Below are positions 51,175-62,349 of a stretch of 64,000 nucleotides of DNA, piece after piece. Origin of the DNA: Octopus sinensis (lineage: Eukaryota); contig NC_043015.1 of assembly GCF_006345805.1 (NCBI RefSeq), positions 30,628,001-30,692,000 of the forward strand, in the 5' to 3' direction. A model generated the notes under the pieces. It was not told the DNA's origin. It made no database searches and was given only the letters and a program-made list of their open reading frames with translations. Numbering within the stretch: position 1 is the stretch's first letter; every line of letters starts with the position of its first letter. A program made the position numbers and the translations under genes.

Positions 51175-51510
51175 GGCACATTGGGCAAGCGTCTTCTACC
51201 AGAGCCTCGGGCCGACCAAAGCCTTGTGAGTGGATTTGGTAGACGGAAACTGAAAGAAGCCCGTTGTATATATGTATATATATGTATATGCATGTGTGTG
51301 TTTGTCCCCCTAACATTGTTTGACAACCGATGCTGGTGTGTTTACGTCCCCATTACTTAGCAGTTCGGCAAAAAGAGACCAATAGAATAAGTACTGGGCT
51401 TACAAAAATGAATAAGTCCCGGGGTCGAGTTTGCTCGATTAACGGCGGTGCTCCAGCATGGCCGCAGTTAAACGACTGAAACAAGTAAAAGAGTAAAGAG
51501 TAAAAGAAAC
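51175..51510 (+). mobile_element. SINE family A, 5' truncated
   Basis: Same consensus. Confidence 0.85.
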
Positions 51511-52129
51511 AATGTATTTATCTTTGCATGTATTCATGAACACATACACCTCTACACACGCTTGCACACACACACATATACACACACACACACGCACACA
51601 CACAAAACATGTATTTACCCCTCATATTACTACATATTTACCCCTCATTAGCATCCATGCTTCTTGTATTACAGCTTCCTACTTTTCTACCCTATTACTG
51701 CTGTAATCAATTGCCATCCACTGCTCTACCTCCATCCACCCCAAAAGCAAAAATTCCAACCAGTTTAGATCATTTCCATTAATACCGACTGGTTTTTGGT
51801 GAAATTTCCTCCTGTTTACTAAGTGTATGGCTGAAACAAATTATATACTTATCGGTGCTCACCCTTCCTCTTTCTCTCTCCCTCCCTCCCTTTCTCCCTC
51901 TTTCTCTCTCTTTCTTGTGGTTGTTATGTGTGTGTGTGTGTGTGTGTTTGTATTGTTGAGAATCTTTGTGAAAAAGGAAATGTGTGATCGCATATATTTG
52001 TGTGTGTGTTTATCATCGTTGTCGGCATCACCATCATCATCATCATCATTGTTATCATCCTCATTATCATCCTCATCATCATCACATCTGTTTTCTATGC
52101 TCCTATGGATAGGATTAATGTATCATTAT

Positions 52130-52141
52130 CCTCATCATTAT

Positions 52142-52178
<37 letters not shown>

Positions 52179-52738
52179 TTCATCATCATCATCATTGTTA
52201 TCATCATCATTTAGTGTCCATTTTCCATGCTGGGATGGGTTAGATGGTTTGACTGGAAATGGTAAGCCAGAAACCTGTACCAGACTCCAGTCTGTTTTGG
52301 CTTGGTTTCTGTGGTTGGATGCCCTTCCTGATGCCAACCATGCCACAGAGTGTACTGGATGTCTTTTACTTGTCACTGGCACAGGTACCTTTTACATATC
52401 ACCTGTACAGGTGCTTTTCACGTGTCACCAGCACTGGCCATGACCACGATTTTACATAGCTTGACATGTCATCTCAAGCACAGCAAATCATCACTTGTCA
52501 TCACTTCCATGAGACTCAACATCATCTTTCACCACCTCATCCCATGTCTTCCCGGATCTACCTCTTCCATAGGTTCCCTCCACATTCAGAGATCAGCACT
52601 TTTTTACGCAGCCGTCTTCATCCATACACATCGCATGGCCGTACCAGTGCAGTCTTCTCTGTTGCACACCACATCCGATGCCTCTTATATCCAATTTTTC
52701 TCTTAAGCCATTTACACTCTGTTGTAAGGGCACACTGA
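52130..52738 (-). mobile_element. RTE-c 3' end: ORF C-terminus contiguous with its 3' UTR and (GAT)n tail
   Basis: GLREKLDIRGIGCGVQQRRLHWYGHAMCMDEDGCVKK...EGTYGRGRSGKTWDEVVKDD runs directly into the abundant gtggttggcatcaggaagggcatcc...catggaaaatggacactaaatgatga sequence. Confidence 0.8.
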
Positions 52739-52767
52739 CATTTCAAATATATATACATATATATATA

Positions 52768-52936
52768 GGCGCAGCAGTGGCTGTGTGGTAGGTAGCTTGT
52801 TTTCCAACCACATGGTTCCGGGTTCAGTCCCATTGCGTGACACCTTGGGCAAGTGTCTTCTACTATAGCCTCGGGCCGACCAAAGCCTTGTGAGTGGATT
52901 TGGTAGACGGAAACTGAAAAGAAGCCTGTCGTATAT

Positions 52937-52992
<56 letters not shown>

Positions 52993-53220
52993 TGTGTGTG
53001 TTTGTGTGTCTGTGTTTGTCCCCCTAGCATTGCTTGACAACCGATGCTGGTGTGTTTATGTCCCCGTTACTTAGCGGTTCGGCAAAAGAGACCGATAGAA
53101 TAAGTACTGGGCTTACAAAAGAATAAGTCCCGGAGTCGAGTTGCTCGACTAAAAGTGGTGCTCCAGCATGGCCGCAGTCAAATGACTGAAACAAGTAAGA
53201 GAGTAAAAGAGTAAAGAGTA
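52768..53220 (+). mobile_element. SINE family A
   Basis: Same consensus; inserted at the 5' break of the RTE-c fragment. Confidence 0.9.
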
Positions 53221-54490
53221 TAATACAAATATGAAAATGGAGAAACAAATTTAGTTTGTTCCTCAACTTACAGATATTATAATGTTGGATTATTTATTCA
53301 TTTTACAAACGAGAACATCAAAAGCATACGAAAATATTATAAAAATCAATAGATAAGATAATAATACAAATACAGAATTTAAAAGTCATATTATAAATTA
53401 TTGAAATCCAGAAATTACTTCTTACAGCTGTTTCAGCCTATGGTCAAAAGAGAATCTAATTTTCATTGCCAATAGATGTCAACATACTAGGGTTAGTGGG
53501 TTACGCCCATAACCCCTATCTTACTTTGTAATATATATATATATATCCGTATATACATGTGTTTATATATGTATGACACATGCAAGTATGAAATTATTAT
53601 TACTAGTCATCCAACTTCAATTAATGACACTATGAGGTTCAGAACTCCATAGTCTTCTCAAGTAGCTAAAGTGAGTTGATGAGTTGATGATCAACTGGCT
53701 GTAATCTGTTAACTGGATTGGTTCACCCTAGACTGACCTTCGGTTGAAGAGGCTCTTCCGCCCAGTCTGTGTCATTCAGTTGAATGAAGATCAATACACC
53801 CAACTTCACATCAGCCATGCCGTTCCCTTTGACTTCGCCATAACCCTGCTTCAGGGATTTTTTCATCATTGAGGTTAACTCCTCTATATAAATACTATTG
53901 GATGGCCATTGACTCCTACAAGTTCCTCCAGCCTCTGATGGGCTTTGTTTTTCATCCCGCAGTGTCCAAATCCCCTTCCTTAGCAAGCAAGCTTGGTGGA
54001 GTTGCTGGTTTAGTCGCCGATGATATGACCATGCAACAAGTTGTACTGGGTTATATGTTACCAGTGGCACTTGAGAGTGACTTGACAAGTATGACAAGTA
54101 GATGTTAAAAGGATGATGATGATGATGGTGATGATAATGTGTGCTTATATATATATATATATATATTCGTGTGTGTGTGTATCTGTGTCTATGTGTGCGA
54201 ATATATATATATATATATATAAGCGAGAAAGAAGCAACAAGAATGGATAGGTTTTTAGTACAATCGTTTCATACAAGGACAGGCTTTATTAAAAGTTGTA
54301 AAAATTACAGCATATAAACGTGTCCCGTACTCATCAGCTAAAATACATGTGAGTTCTCTAGACATCCTAGTGGTTGAGGCTATACTCATGAAGTAATGTA
54401 GATAATTAAGTAACATAAACAGATTTCCAAAGTTCATTAAAGTTCTTTAAAGATGATGTACAGTCTTATCACAGAATTTTAAAAAATTAA

Positions 54491-54548
<58 letters not shown>

Positions 54549-54639
54549 TAGATTCAGATGAATATGGTACTTAAGTTAAAGGCACCAGAATTTAGTATGG
54601 TATTATCCATATAATTCAAAACGGGGTGATTATATATAA

Positions 54640-54749
54640 TCAAAATAAGCAACAAGGATATCCAAAGGTAATGCAGTACGATCATTTAAATGGAGTTGCA
54701 TGAAACGATTGTACTGCATTACCTCTGGATATCCTTGTTGCTTATTTTG

Positions 54750-54762
<13 letters not shown>
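54640..54762. repeat. ~120-bp hairpin/MITE with ~45-bp inverted arms, in (TA)n
   Basis: atcaaaataagcaacaaggatatccaaaggtaatgcagtac ... gtactgcattacctctggatatccttgttgcttattttgat. Confidence 0.8.
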
Positions 54763-54780
<18 letters not shown>

Positions 54781-54781
54781 A

Positions 54782-54877
54782 ACTCAGCTTGACATGTCTT
54801 ATCTAAGTATAACAAATATATATATATATATATATATATGTATTCGTTATACTTAGATAAGACATGTCAAGCTGAGT
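54782..54877. repeat. Perfect 32-bp inverted repeat around a (TA)n spacer
   Basis: actcagcttgacatgtcttatctaagtataac / gttatacttagataagacatgtcaagctgagt. Confidence 0.9.
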
Positions 54878-54924
54878 AAAATTGGTGTGTTCCAAACATA
54901 CAGGCTTGTCCTTTCAGATGTTGG

Positions 54925-55160
54925 TGCCACTTAAAAAGCTCCTATGCTGGTGTTGCATAAATCACCCATGACAATGACACATAAAAGGCACCTAGCAAAC
55001 TCTGTTAAGTGGTTGGTGTTAAGAAGGGCATCCAGCCATAGAAACCATGCCACAACAGACAGTTGGGGGTCCAGACAGCTCCCTGCTAGCCAGCTCCATG
55101 TCAAACCATCCAGCCAATAGAGACTAGGCATTAAACGATGATGATGATTATGATGATGAT
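54925..55160 (+). mobile_element. Repeat D copy, diverged
   Basis: gtggttggtgttaagaagggcatccagccatagaaacc...ggcattaaacgatgatg. Confidence 0.65.
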
Positions 55161-55839
55161 GCATATATATCTATATATATATGTATGTATATATATGTGT
55201 ATATATATATATATATGTGTGTGTGTATATATATATATGTATATATATATATATGTATGTATATAACATAAAGGAATAGGAACTTGGGATCTAGGCAGGT
55301 ACCTTGTTAGCACTCTGATATAATCTAGATCTGACTAACCATATCGAATGATAGGGAACATACAGATTTGTTTAAATAAACAACTACATGGTACTTCACT
55401 CGATAGATAAACCCTGAGTTTGCTTCATTGGATTTCATACAGCATACAGAGCACATAATCAAGACATCATAAAGAAGAATTTGTTTATTACACTATTATT
55501 CTCATTAAATTCCAATCTGACACATGTTCCTGCAGGATAAGTGTTCTAGTGACCTTGGAGGTAGTATTTTATGTGCATTTAGTTGATTCAAGTGCGGTTC
55601 GTATTCATCTAAAGTAGGCATTCTTTTGCAGATGGGCGAAGCTTCACCCACTTGCATGGAATATATGCATACATATATGTGTATATGAGTGTGTGTATAT
55701 ATGTATAAATTTGTGTGTGTGTGTATGTATACATATGCATTTATGTATATATGTATATATGTTTATATATAAAAAAATTTAACAGAATGAGATAAAAATC
55801 CAAGGCTGTGAAAGACTTCAGAACATTTATAAATAGAAG

Positions 55840-55887
55840 GTCTTACAGCTGTTTCCGGGATATTTTATATATCCCTTCATCAGAGAC
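55840..55887 (-). ncRNA. Minimal type I hammerhead ribozyme (Penelope-type), canonical CUGAUGA core
   Basis: Minus strand: GUCU CUGAUGA A GGGAUAU auaaa AUAUCCC G GAAA CAGCUG UA|AGAC. Stem I GUCU/AGAC, 7-bp stem II, palindromic stem III ACAGCUGU, GUA cleavage triplet. Confidence 0.75.
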
Positions 55888-56023
55888 AGTGTGAGAAAAT
55901 GGTTAAGCAATAGTTATTCTAGATAGGATATGAAATAGAGAGTGAAGTGGAGGAAGGAATGAAAATCACTCTCTATTTCATATCCTATCTAGAATAACTA
56001 TTACTTAACCGTTTTCTCACACT

Positions 56024-56071
56024 GTCTCCGATGAAGGGATATATAAAATATCCCAGAAACAGCTGTAAGAC
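56024..56071 (+). ncRNA. Second copy of the same hammerhead with CCGAUGA (U4C) core, inverted relative to the first
   Basis: GUCU CCGAUGA A GGGAUAU auaaa AUAUCCC A GAAA CAGCUG UA|AGAC. Confidence 0.6.
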
Positions 56072-56302
56072 CTGAAATCTTTCAGAGCCTTGGATTTTTA
56101 TCTCATTCTGTTAAATTTTTTTTATATATACACATGCTACTATATGACTTACGTTGGACTCCTCATTCGTATCATTATCGAACCTAGAGCTTAACTATGG
56201 TCTGTCCATAACACTTACTCGGCATTACCTGACACCTCTGGGTCTTATTGACACCAATACCTCTCATAACCTATATATGCATATATATGTATATATATAT
56301 AT

Positions 56303-56333
<31 letters not shown>

Positions 56334-56358
56334 CACACACACACATATATATATATAT

Positions 56359-56392
<34 letters not shown>

Positions 56393-56515
56393 GCATACAC
56401 ATACGTTTATATACGTGTGTATAAATATGTATGTATATATGTATGTGTATATATGTGTGTATGTGTGTGTATATATATATATGTATATATATGTATATAT
56501 ATATATATGTATGTA

Positions 56516-56611
<96 letters not shown>

Positions 56612-57711
56612 CAAATATATGTATCTATGTGTGTGTGTGTTATTTCCTTTCAGACCACATCCACCCAGTAGAAACTGCTCTAATATCGTTGACCTTATAC
56701 TTGTGACATTTTCCTTTTTTTATATATATTCACAATTTTAATGTTTTATAATGATGGAAGTTGCAACTTATAGATGGTGGAGGGGGGGGGGACAAAGATG
56801 AACGCGACTGTGGTGATGGTGGTGGTGGAAGTGATGGTGGTGGTGGAAGTGATGGTGGTGGTGGAAGTGATGGTGGTGGTACCTTTGGTGATATTGCAAC
56901 ATTGATTCTGTTAGTCATGATAATGATAATGTTGATGGTTGAGCCTTGTGATGGTGGTGGTTATAATGATGATCATAGTAGTAGTGGTGGTTTTTGTGCA
57001 GGTGGTGATTGTAGTGACCATGGTGGTGGCAGCAGTGGCTGATGGTGGTTGTTTTTGTTGTTGTTGTTGTTGTTTCAGTGGCAGCGGCAGATGTTGAGTT
57101 TTCCTCATATTAGTTTGGGTTGGATGGACCTGTAAATTCAGATTTGTTAGTGCATTTTTTATCTACTGTCTTCTTCCCTTTTTTTTTGATAATTTTTTCA
57201 TGCAATTTACTCGACCACTGAACCATAGAGTTAATGTGGTATCTGTTTTTAATGTAGCATCTTGAAATATTACAACAGTGAACTCATGAGCTTCTGACTC
57301 TTGCACCTGTAAAAGCAGGCATAAATAACTACGTGGGTTCTATTCCTGGACCAGGCTGTACATCAGCATATTCCACCCTTGCCCAAGGTACTTTATTTTG
57401 CATAGAGCAAAGCACTTTATTTTGCATCCTTTTGATACCAACCTGCCTGACACAGCCTATAGTTCTATAATACAAACTCCTTTTTTATAAACAAACTAGC
57501 ATGTGCCTTTTTTGCAATGATTTGATTAGCGATGCTGAATTTTACGATTCTGTAAATAATGGTATTTTTTATAAACTTAAAGCTCATAAGCTATCACCAT
57601 GTATTGACTAAAGAAAATTGTCTAATGTTGGGGCATATAAGCCCTCAACAAAAAAAGGGGGTTTTCTGTATGCGTGGAATTCTGGCCTACACTTCTATGG
57701 TGGTGGCATGG

Positions 57712-58408
57712 CGGTAATTTTGCCACAAAGGTAGCAGTTTTGGGGGAGGAAATGAGTTGATTACATTGACCCCAGTGTGTAACTGGTACTTATTTTATCA
57801 ACCCTGAAAGGATGAAAGACAAAGTCAACCTCAGCAGAATTTTAAACTCAGAAAATAACGATGGGCAAAATACCGCTAAGCATTTCGTCCAGCACACTAA
57901 TGATTCTACCAGCTCACTACATTAACGATGATAATAATAATAATAATAATAATGATGATGATGATTTCAAATTTTAGCACAGGGCTAGCAATTTTTCGAG
58001 GGAAGGAGGAAATCAATTACATGAACTCCAGTACATTTTATTGACCCTGAAAGGATAAAAGGCAAAGTCAACTTCTGTAAGAGCCAGAAAAAATGCTGAC
58101 AAGCATTTTGTCCCCCACACTAACGATACTGCCAGGTCACCACCTTGATAATAGTAATAATAATTATGATAATGATAATAATAATAATAATCCTTTTTAT
58201 TATAGGCACAAGGCCTGAAATTTTGTGGGGAAGGGACTAGTCAATTACAGCAACCCCCAGTGTTTCACTGGTACTTAATTTATCAACACCAAAAGGATAA
58301 AAAGCGAAGTCAACCTCAGCAGAGTTTGAACTCAGAACATAAAGACGAATGAAGTGCCACTTGGCATTTTGCCCAGTGTGCTAATGATTCTGCCAGCTTG
58401 CGGCCTTA
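57712..58408 (-). mobile_element. Three stacked, same-orientation SINE-B copies separated by (TAA)n
   Basis: Copies at ~57712-57920, 57965-58145 and 58190-58408. Confidence 0.75.
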
Positions 58409-58419
58409 ACAACAACAAC

Positions 58420-59540
58420 AACAACATCGAACTCATTGACACTTAACAAAGTTAACATGGGCTACAAACTAGGAAGAACTGCACCTTCTGTGAATCATCT
58501 GTTCTTTACGGATGACTTAATGATATTTGATAAGTCTGAAAATGATATCAATTTACTTGTTTATATAATAAAGATGTGTTGCAGTGATACTGAAACGGAG
58601 TTTGGCATATCAAAATGTATGACTTTAGTCACGGAGAGTGCCTGTATCAGTTGATTAAACTTATCAGAATAGATTTTGGAACCTTGTGACAATACATACG
58701 AGTACCCAGGCACATTGAACTCGATGATATTATGCATAAGGAAATGAAGGGAAAAAATGATAACAGTATTTGAAATTTGAAGTCCAAATTTATTTAACCC
58801 TTTAGTGTTTGCATTATTCTGCCAAAATTAATGCTTTTTTATCCACATTGTTTTGAACTAATCATGCATTATCTTGTAGTTATGAGATTTTGATGAGGTA
58901 GCTGTTAATTTTCAAAACGATATTGTAGGGTTGGTGTGAGAGACCAGATCTGGCTAGTTTGAACATAAAACAGGCAGAATATTTTTGGCCGGATATGGCC
59001 GGTTTAAATGCTAAAGGGTTAAGATTCTGATAAATGCATCTAATACATGAGGGGTTAACTGCTGTGTACTATAGTGCTGGAGTATTAAATAGAATGAAGA
59101 ATAAAATAAAAGAGGCACTAAAGAGAAAAACAATGAAAAAGCCTAACTATGCTTGGAGCACTTCCTCCAAAAGCAAATGTCAGTTATTTATACATGAAAC
59201 GAAATATTGGAGAGAGAGGATTGATTAGCATTTCTGATTCTATGAATGAGAAAACGAAGGTCACTAAACCACTATGTTGCAAAGAATGGAGAAGAGCTAT
59301 TTAAATATGTTGTAATGGAACTAGAACTAGAACTTGAAGAGAAGAAGGTGTTGTAAAATAGAGTAAATTGTAGAAGAAAGGAAGTGGTAAAAGAAATGTA
59401 ATTAGACGGAGAGTTCCACAGATGCACCAAGAATTGAAAACTCATGACTTATCGTACAAGTACCTCTAGAGTGGAGTTTCAAAAGAGAGAAAGTGATAGT
59501 TTATTGACAGTGGCTCAAGATCAAGCTCTAAGCATGTTAT
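58420..59540 (+). mobile_element. R4/Dong-like non-LTR retrotransposon RT remnant, interrupted by a MITE
   Basis: GYKLGRTAPSVNHLFFTDDLMIFDKSENDINLLVYIIKMCCSDTETEFGISKC (RT motif YxDD region of R4/Dong type) and downstream ESDSLLTVAQDQAL; many stops. Confidence 0.7.
58798..59018 (+). mobile_element. piggyBac-type MITE (CCCTTTAG TIRs, TTAA target duplication)
   Basis: ttaa|CCCTTTAGtgttt ... aaatgCTAAAGGG|ttaa. Older relatives at ~8670-8830 (-), ~22257-22462 (+) and ~49582-49797 (-). Confidence 0.8.
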
Positions 59541-59572
59541 ATCCTTCTGGATAAACGAATTCACTACAACAG

Positions 59573-60316
59573 TGTAATAACAATATAGCATAAATCCTTG
59601 AGTATAATCCGCATTTTTTTCCCAAAATTTAAAGGTCATCCCTAGTGCATACTATATTCGAGGTTAAAAATGAAAAATATTTTCTAAGCAATGTCCGAGT
59701 CTCTATTTGCTGTCCGGCAATGTTTATTCAGACGCATTTTGTGATGTCAGGCGTGAAAATACCTTAAGCTAAGCCTGAAAGCAATGAAGTCTTAAAAGAA
59801 TCATCCATAACTTGCAGTAAGCAACATTTATTAAAATAAAAGTATTCAGAACATAGAATAACATGTAACAAAAACAATTTGCAAATATATTTACATTCCC
59901 ATATAACAGTTAAGAACATCACCATTATTGTATTACGCATGCGCGGAAGTGTTTGTTCGACTAGATGCTGCTGGCTTAATTATGCACGACTCAAGTTAGA
60001 GAAGAAGTGCGTATTATACACAAGGTTTAGGTTTTTCAGAAGTACAGCCCCCTAAAAATCCCCTGCATATTATACTCAAGGGCGGACTATACTCAAGGAT
60101 TTACGATAATCAAAACAAATGGTAGTCACCACACAGAACATAACAACAATCTTTTAAGAACCAATAATCCAACATGCTAACTCAAACAGTAAACTTTGAA
60201 CTATCAACACACAACTCTGGAACTAGCATGAACCACCTCACTTACTCAGACTGCTACTATTTATATGTAGTGGTCTAGTCTATTCTCACCAGGGGGCATC
60301 GTACTCTCGCACAACA
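59573..60316 (-). mobile_element. 3' LTR of the Gypsy element (TGT...ACA), split by a pogo-type MITE
   Basis: On minus, polypurine tract AAAAGGGGGAA is immediately followed by TGTTGTG at 60316, with a TATAAA at ~60259-60264. The right end ...TTATTACA at 59573 is inferred after removing the MITE. Confidence 0.6.
59588..60106. mobile_element. pogo/Tigger-type MITE with ~24-bp TIRs and TA target duplication
   Basis: ta|gcataaatccttgagtataatccgc ... gcggactatactcaaggatttacga|ta. Confidence 0.8.
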
Positions 60317-60329
60317 TTCCCCCTTTTGA

Positions 60330-61440
60330 GATTTTGTGTTCCAAAAGAATAAATAAATTTTTTATTATATATTTTTTTAGTATCTCTTTCACTTGGGCAA
60401 TATCTCAGGGTGTTCAATCTGCTTTCTTTTTCTCATGCTGGTTCTATGGGACTGTTTTACTTTTGATACTAGTACATTAAATATTTCATAGAATACTTCC
60501 ATAGGAATTTCTTCCTGGGTATGCCTCTTCCTTAGTTGGTTTATATGTCTCTTATGTTCACCATGTAACCTTTTAACTAGATACATCATACTTCCAATTT
60601 TTCTGGTTACAAAGCCATCTTCCCCGCCTTCTTTACCATTTCTATAGGTTTCGTAATGCACTTTATCACATATTTTGACGTATTTCATTGGCTCTTTCAT
60701 ATTTCTGTTACGTCTTTTTTTCTCTGGTAATAGTTTATCCGAAATGGATTTTATTCTTCTTGCGAACATCAATTCTGTGGGAGACTTCCCTGAATTTGTA
60801 CTTGGATTAGGGGTCACTCTGTATATTCTTAAGAAATTTGTCAGTGCTTCATCATTACTTAATTCATTCCTTGCTTTTCTTAATGCTCTCTTAAAGATGT
60901 CCACAAATCTTTCTACCTGCCCAGTTGACCTCAGGTGGTAGGGTAGAGTGAAAATATAATTTATTGCATAATTTTACAGAAGTTCTTGAATTCATACCAA
61001 GAGAACTGCATTCCATTGTCTGAAACTAGCATGTCAGGGACACTGTATTGCTCAAACAATTCGTATAAGAACTTCGTAGTTGTCTTAGAGGTTGATCTAT
61101 AGCACCTGCAAACCTCCGGCCACTTAGTACAGCTATCTACTATGATTAGGTAGTAAGCACCGTTTACAGGTCCAGCATAGTCAATATGTAATCTAGACCA
61201 TGAGTTCTCCATCTCTGGCCACAATTGATATTTTACCAGCAGGACTTTGGCTGCAAGCATGCAACCTCACCATGTTCTCACCAAGTTTGTGATATCTCAG
61301 TCCATAGACGGACAATAGACATGACTCCTCATCAGAGCCTTCATCTTTGCCATTCCTGGATGTCCGCTGTGAAATTGTTGCAATACACCTTTTTGTAATG
61401 TAGTTGGAACTATCATTTTTTCAGCATACATTTTTAACTG
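60330..61440 (-). mobile_element. Ty3/Gypsy LTR retrotransposon pol remnant (integrase), pseudogenised
   Basis: Minus-strand frames give FHSGHPGMAKMKALMRSHVYCP (HHCC finger), WSRLHIDYAGPVNGAYYLIIVDSCTKWPEV, SDNGMQF, and FLRIYRVTPNPSTNSGKSPTELMFARRIKS; stops and frameshifts present. Confidence 0.9.
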
Positions 61441-61617
61441 GTACATATTTCATCAACTCCAAAAGGATGGAAGGCAGATTTGACCTTGGTGGAATTTGAA
61501 CACAGAACTTGAAGACGGACAAAATGCCACAAAGCATTTTGCCCAGCATGCTAACGCTTCTGCCAGTTCACCCTAACCTTAACCATAGGAAATATTGAAA
61601 AATATTTTTCAAACACT

Positions 61618-61723
61618 TTATCATTTCTGCCATCACCCAAATCATCATCATCATCATCATCATCATCGTTTAACGTCCGCTTTTCATGCTAGCATGGGTT
61701 GGCATGGAAAGCAGACGTTAAAC

Positions 61724-61754
<31 letters not shown>

Positions 61755-61779
61755 ATTTGGGTGATGGCAGAAATGATAA
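61618..61779. repeat. Foldback palindrome including unique flanking DNA
   Basis: ttatcatttctgccatcacccaaat(cat)n gtttaacgtccgc... is mirrored by ...gacgttaaac(gat)n atttgggtgatggcagaaatgataa. Confidence 0.85.
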
Positions 61780-61925
61780 TAACCAAATGTATTCTTTATT
61801 AACACCAGAATGCTGGGAATCAATACTGGACCCTAGAGGAAATTATTTCAGGCCCAGGTTTATTTCTTCTCCTGCCCCAGGGGAAGAATAAAAGGATTTC
61901 AGTTTATGCTTGTTTATTATATTAG

Positions 61926-62345
61926 TGGAGGCACATGGCTTAGAGATTAGGGTGTTGCACTCACAATCTTGCAGTTGTGGTTTCAATTCTCTTACTGGGC
62001 AGTACATTGTGTTTTTGAGCAAAATACTTGATTTCGCACCACTCCAGTCCACTCAGCCGTAAACAAGTAACTCTGTGACAGACTGGCGTGCCATTCAGAA
62101 GCATGGAACAGACTGCCGGCATCAGTTGTTAGTTGTCGGAGCACTGCATCCTTCAAAACTTCCATGCTTTCTGAGATTCGCCAACACTACACCTGATTTT
62201 CTCCCCTCCATACACACACAGGCATGTATCTGACTCATACATTGTTCGCTTTCCAGACATTTGTACATTACTGCATATGCTATATACACACTTTTGACAA
62301 GTTGTGGTGCACCTGAGCACTGTATACAATAATTTCATTATTAAT
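61926..62345 (+). mobile_element. SINE family G head joined to a CR1/L2-type LINE 3' tail
   Basis: tRNA-like head, then gaagcatggaacagactgccggcatcagtt (EAWNRLPASVV, WNxLP motif) and an (ATT)-type end. Confidence 0.6.
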
Positions 62346-62349
62346 ATTA

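Larger units (their letters stand above)
55764..56130. repeat. ~370-bp foldback (inverted arms ~55764-55945 and 55966-56130, 20-nt spacer); inverted Penelope-like pseudo-LTR arrangement
   Basis: The arms are near-perfect reverse complements apart from a few substitutions and an 18-bp segment (gaacatttataaatagaa) present only in the left arm. Each arm carries one hammerhead. Confidence 0.85.

Noticed and set aside
53723-54108. 124-aa and 79-aa ORFs in GC-richer sequence
   Set aside because: Ends in a (GAT)n tail like the LINE-derived repeats, with no recognisable domain; likely an unclassified retroelement UTR.
54318-54340. CUGAUGAG on minus (gctgatgagtacgggacacgt)
   Set aside because: No GAAA and no workable stem II; at best a deleted hammerhead.
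56761-57108. Gly/Pro-rich ORFs (GGGGSD repeats)
   Set aside because: Low-complexity (GGT)n/18-bp repeat; no start or splice context.
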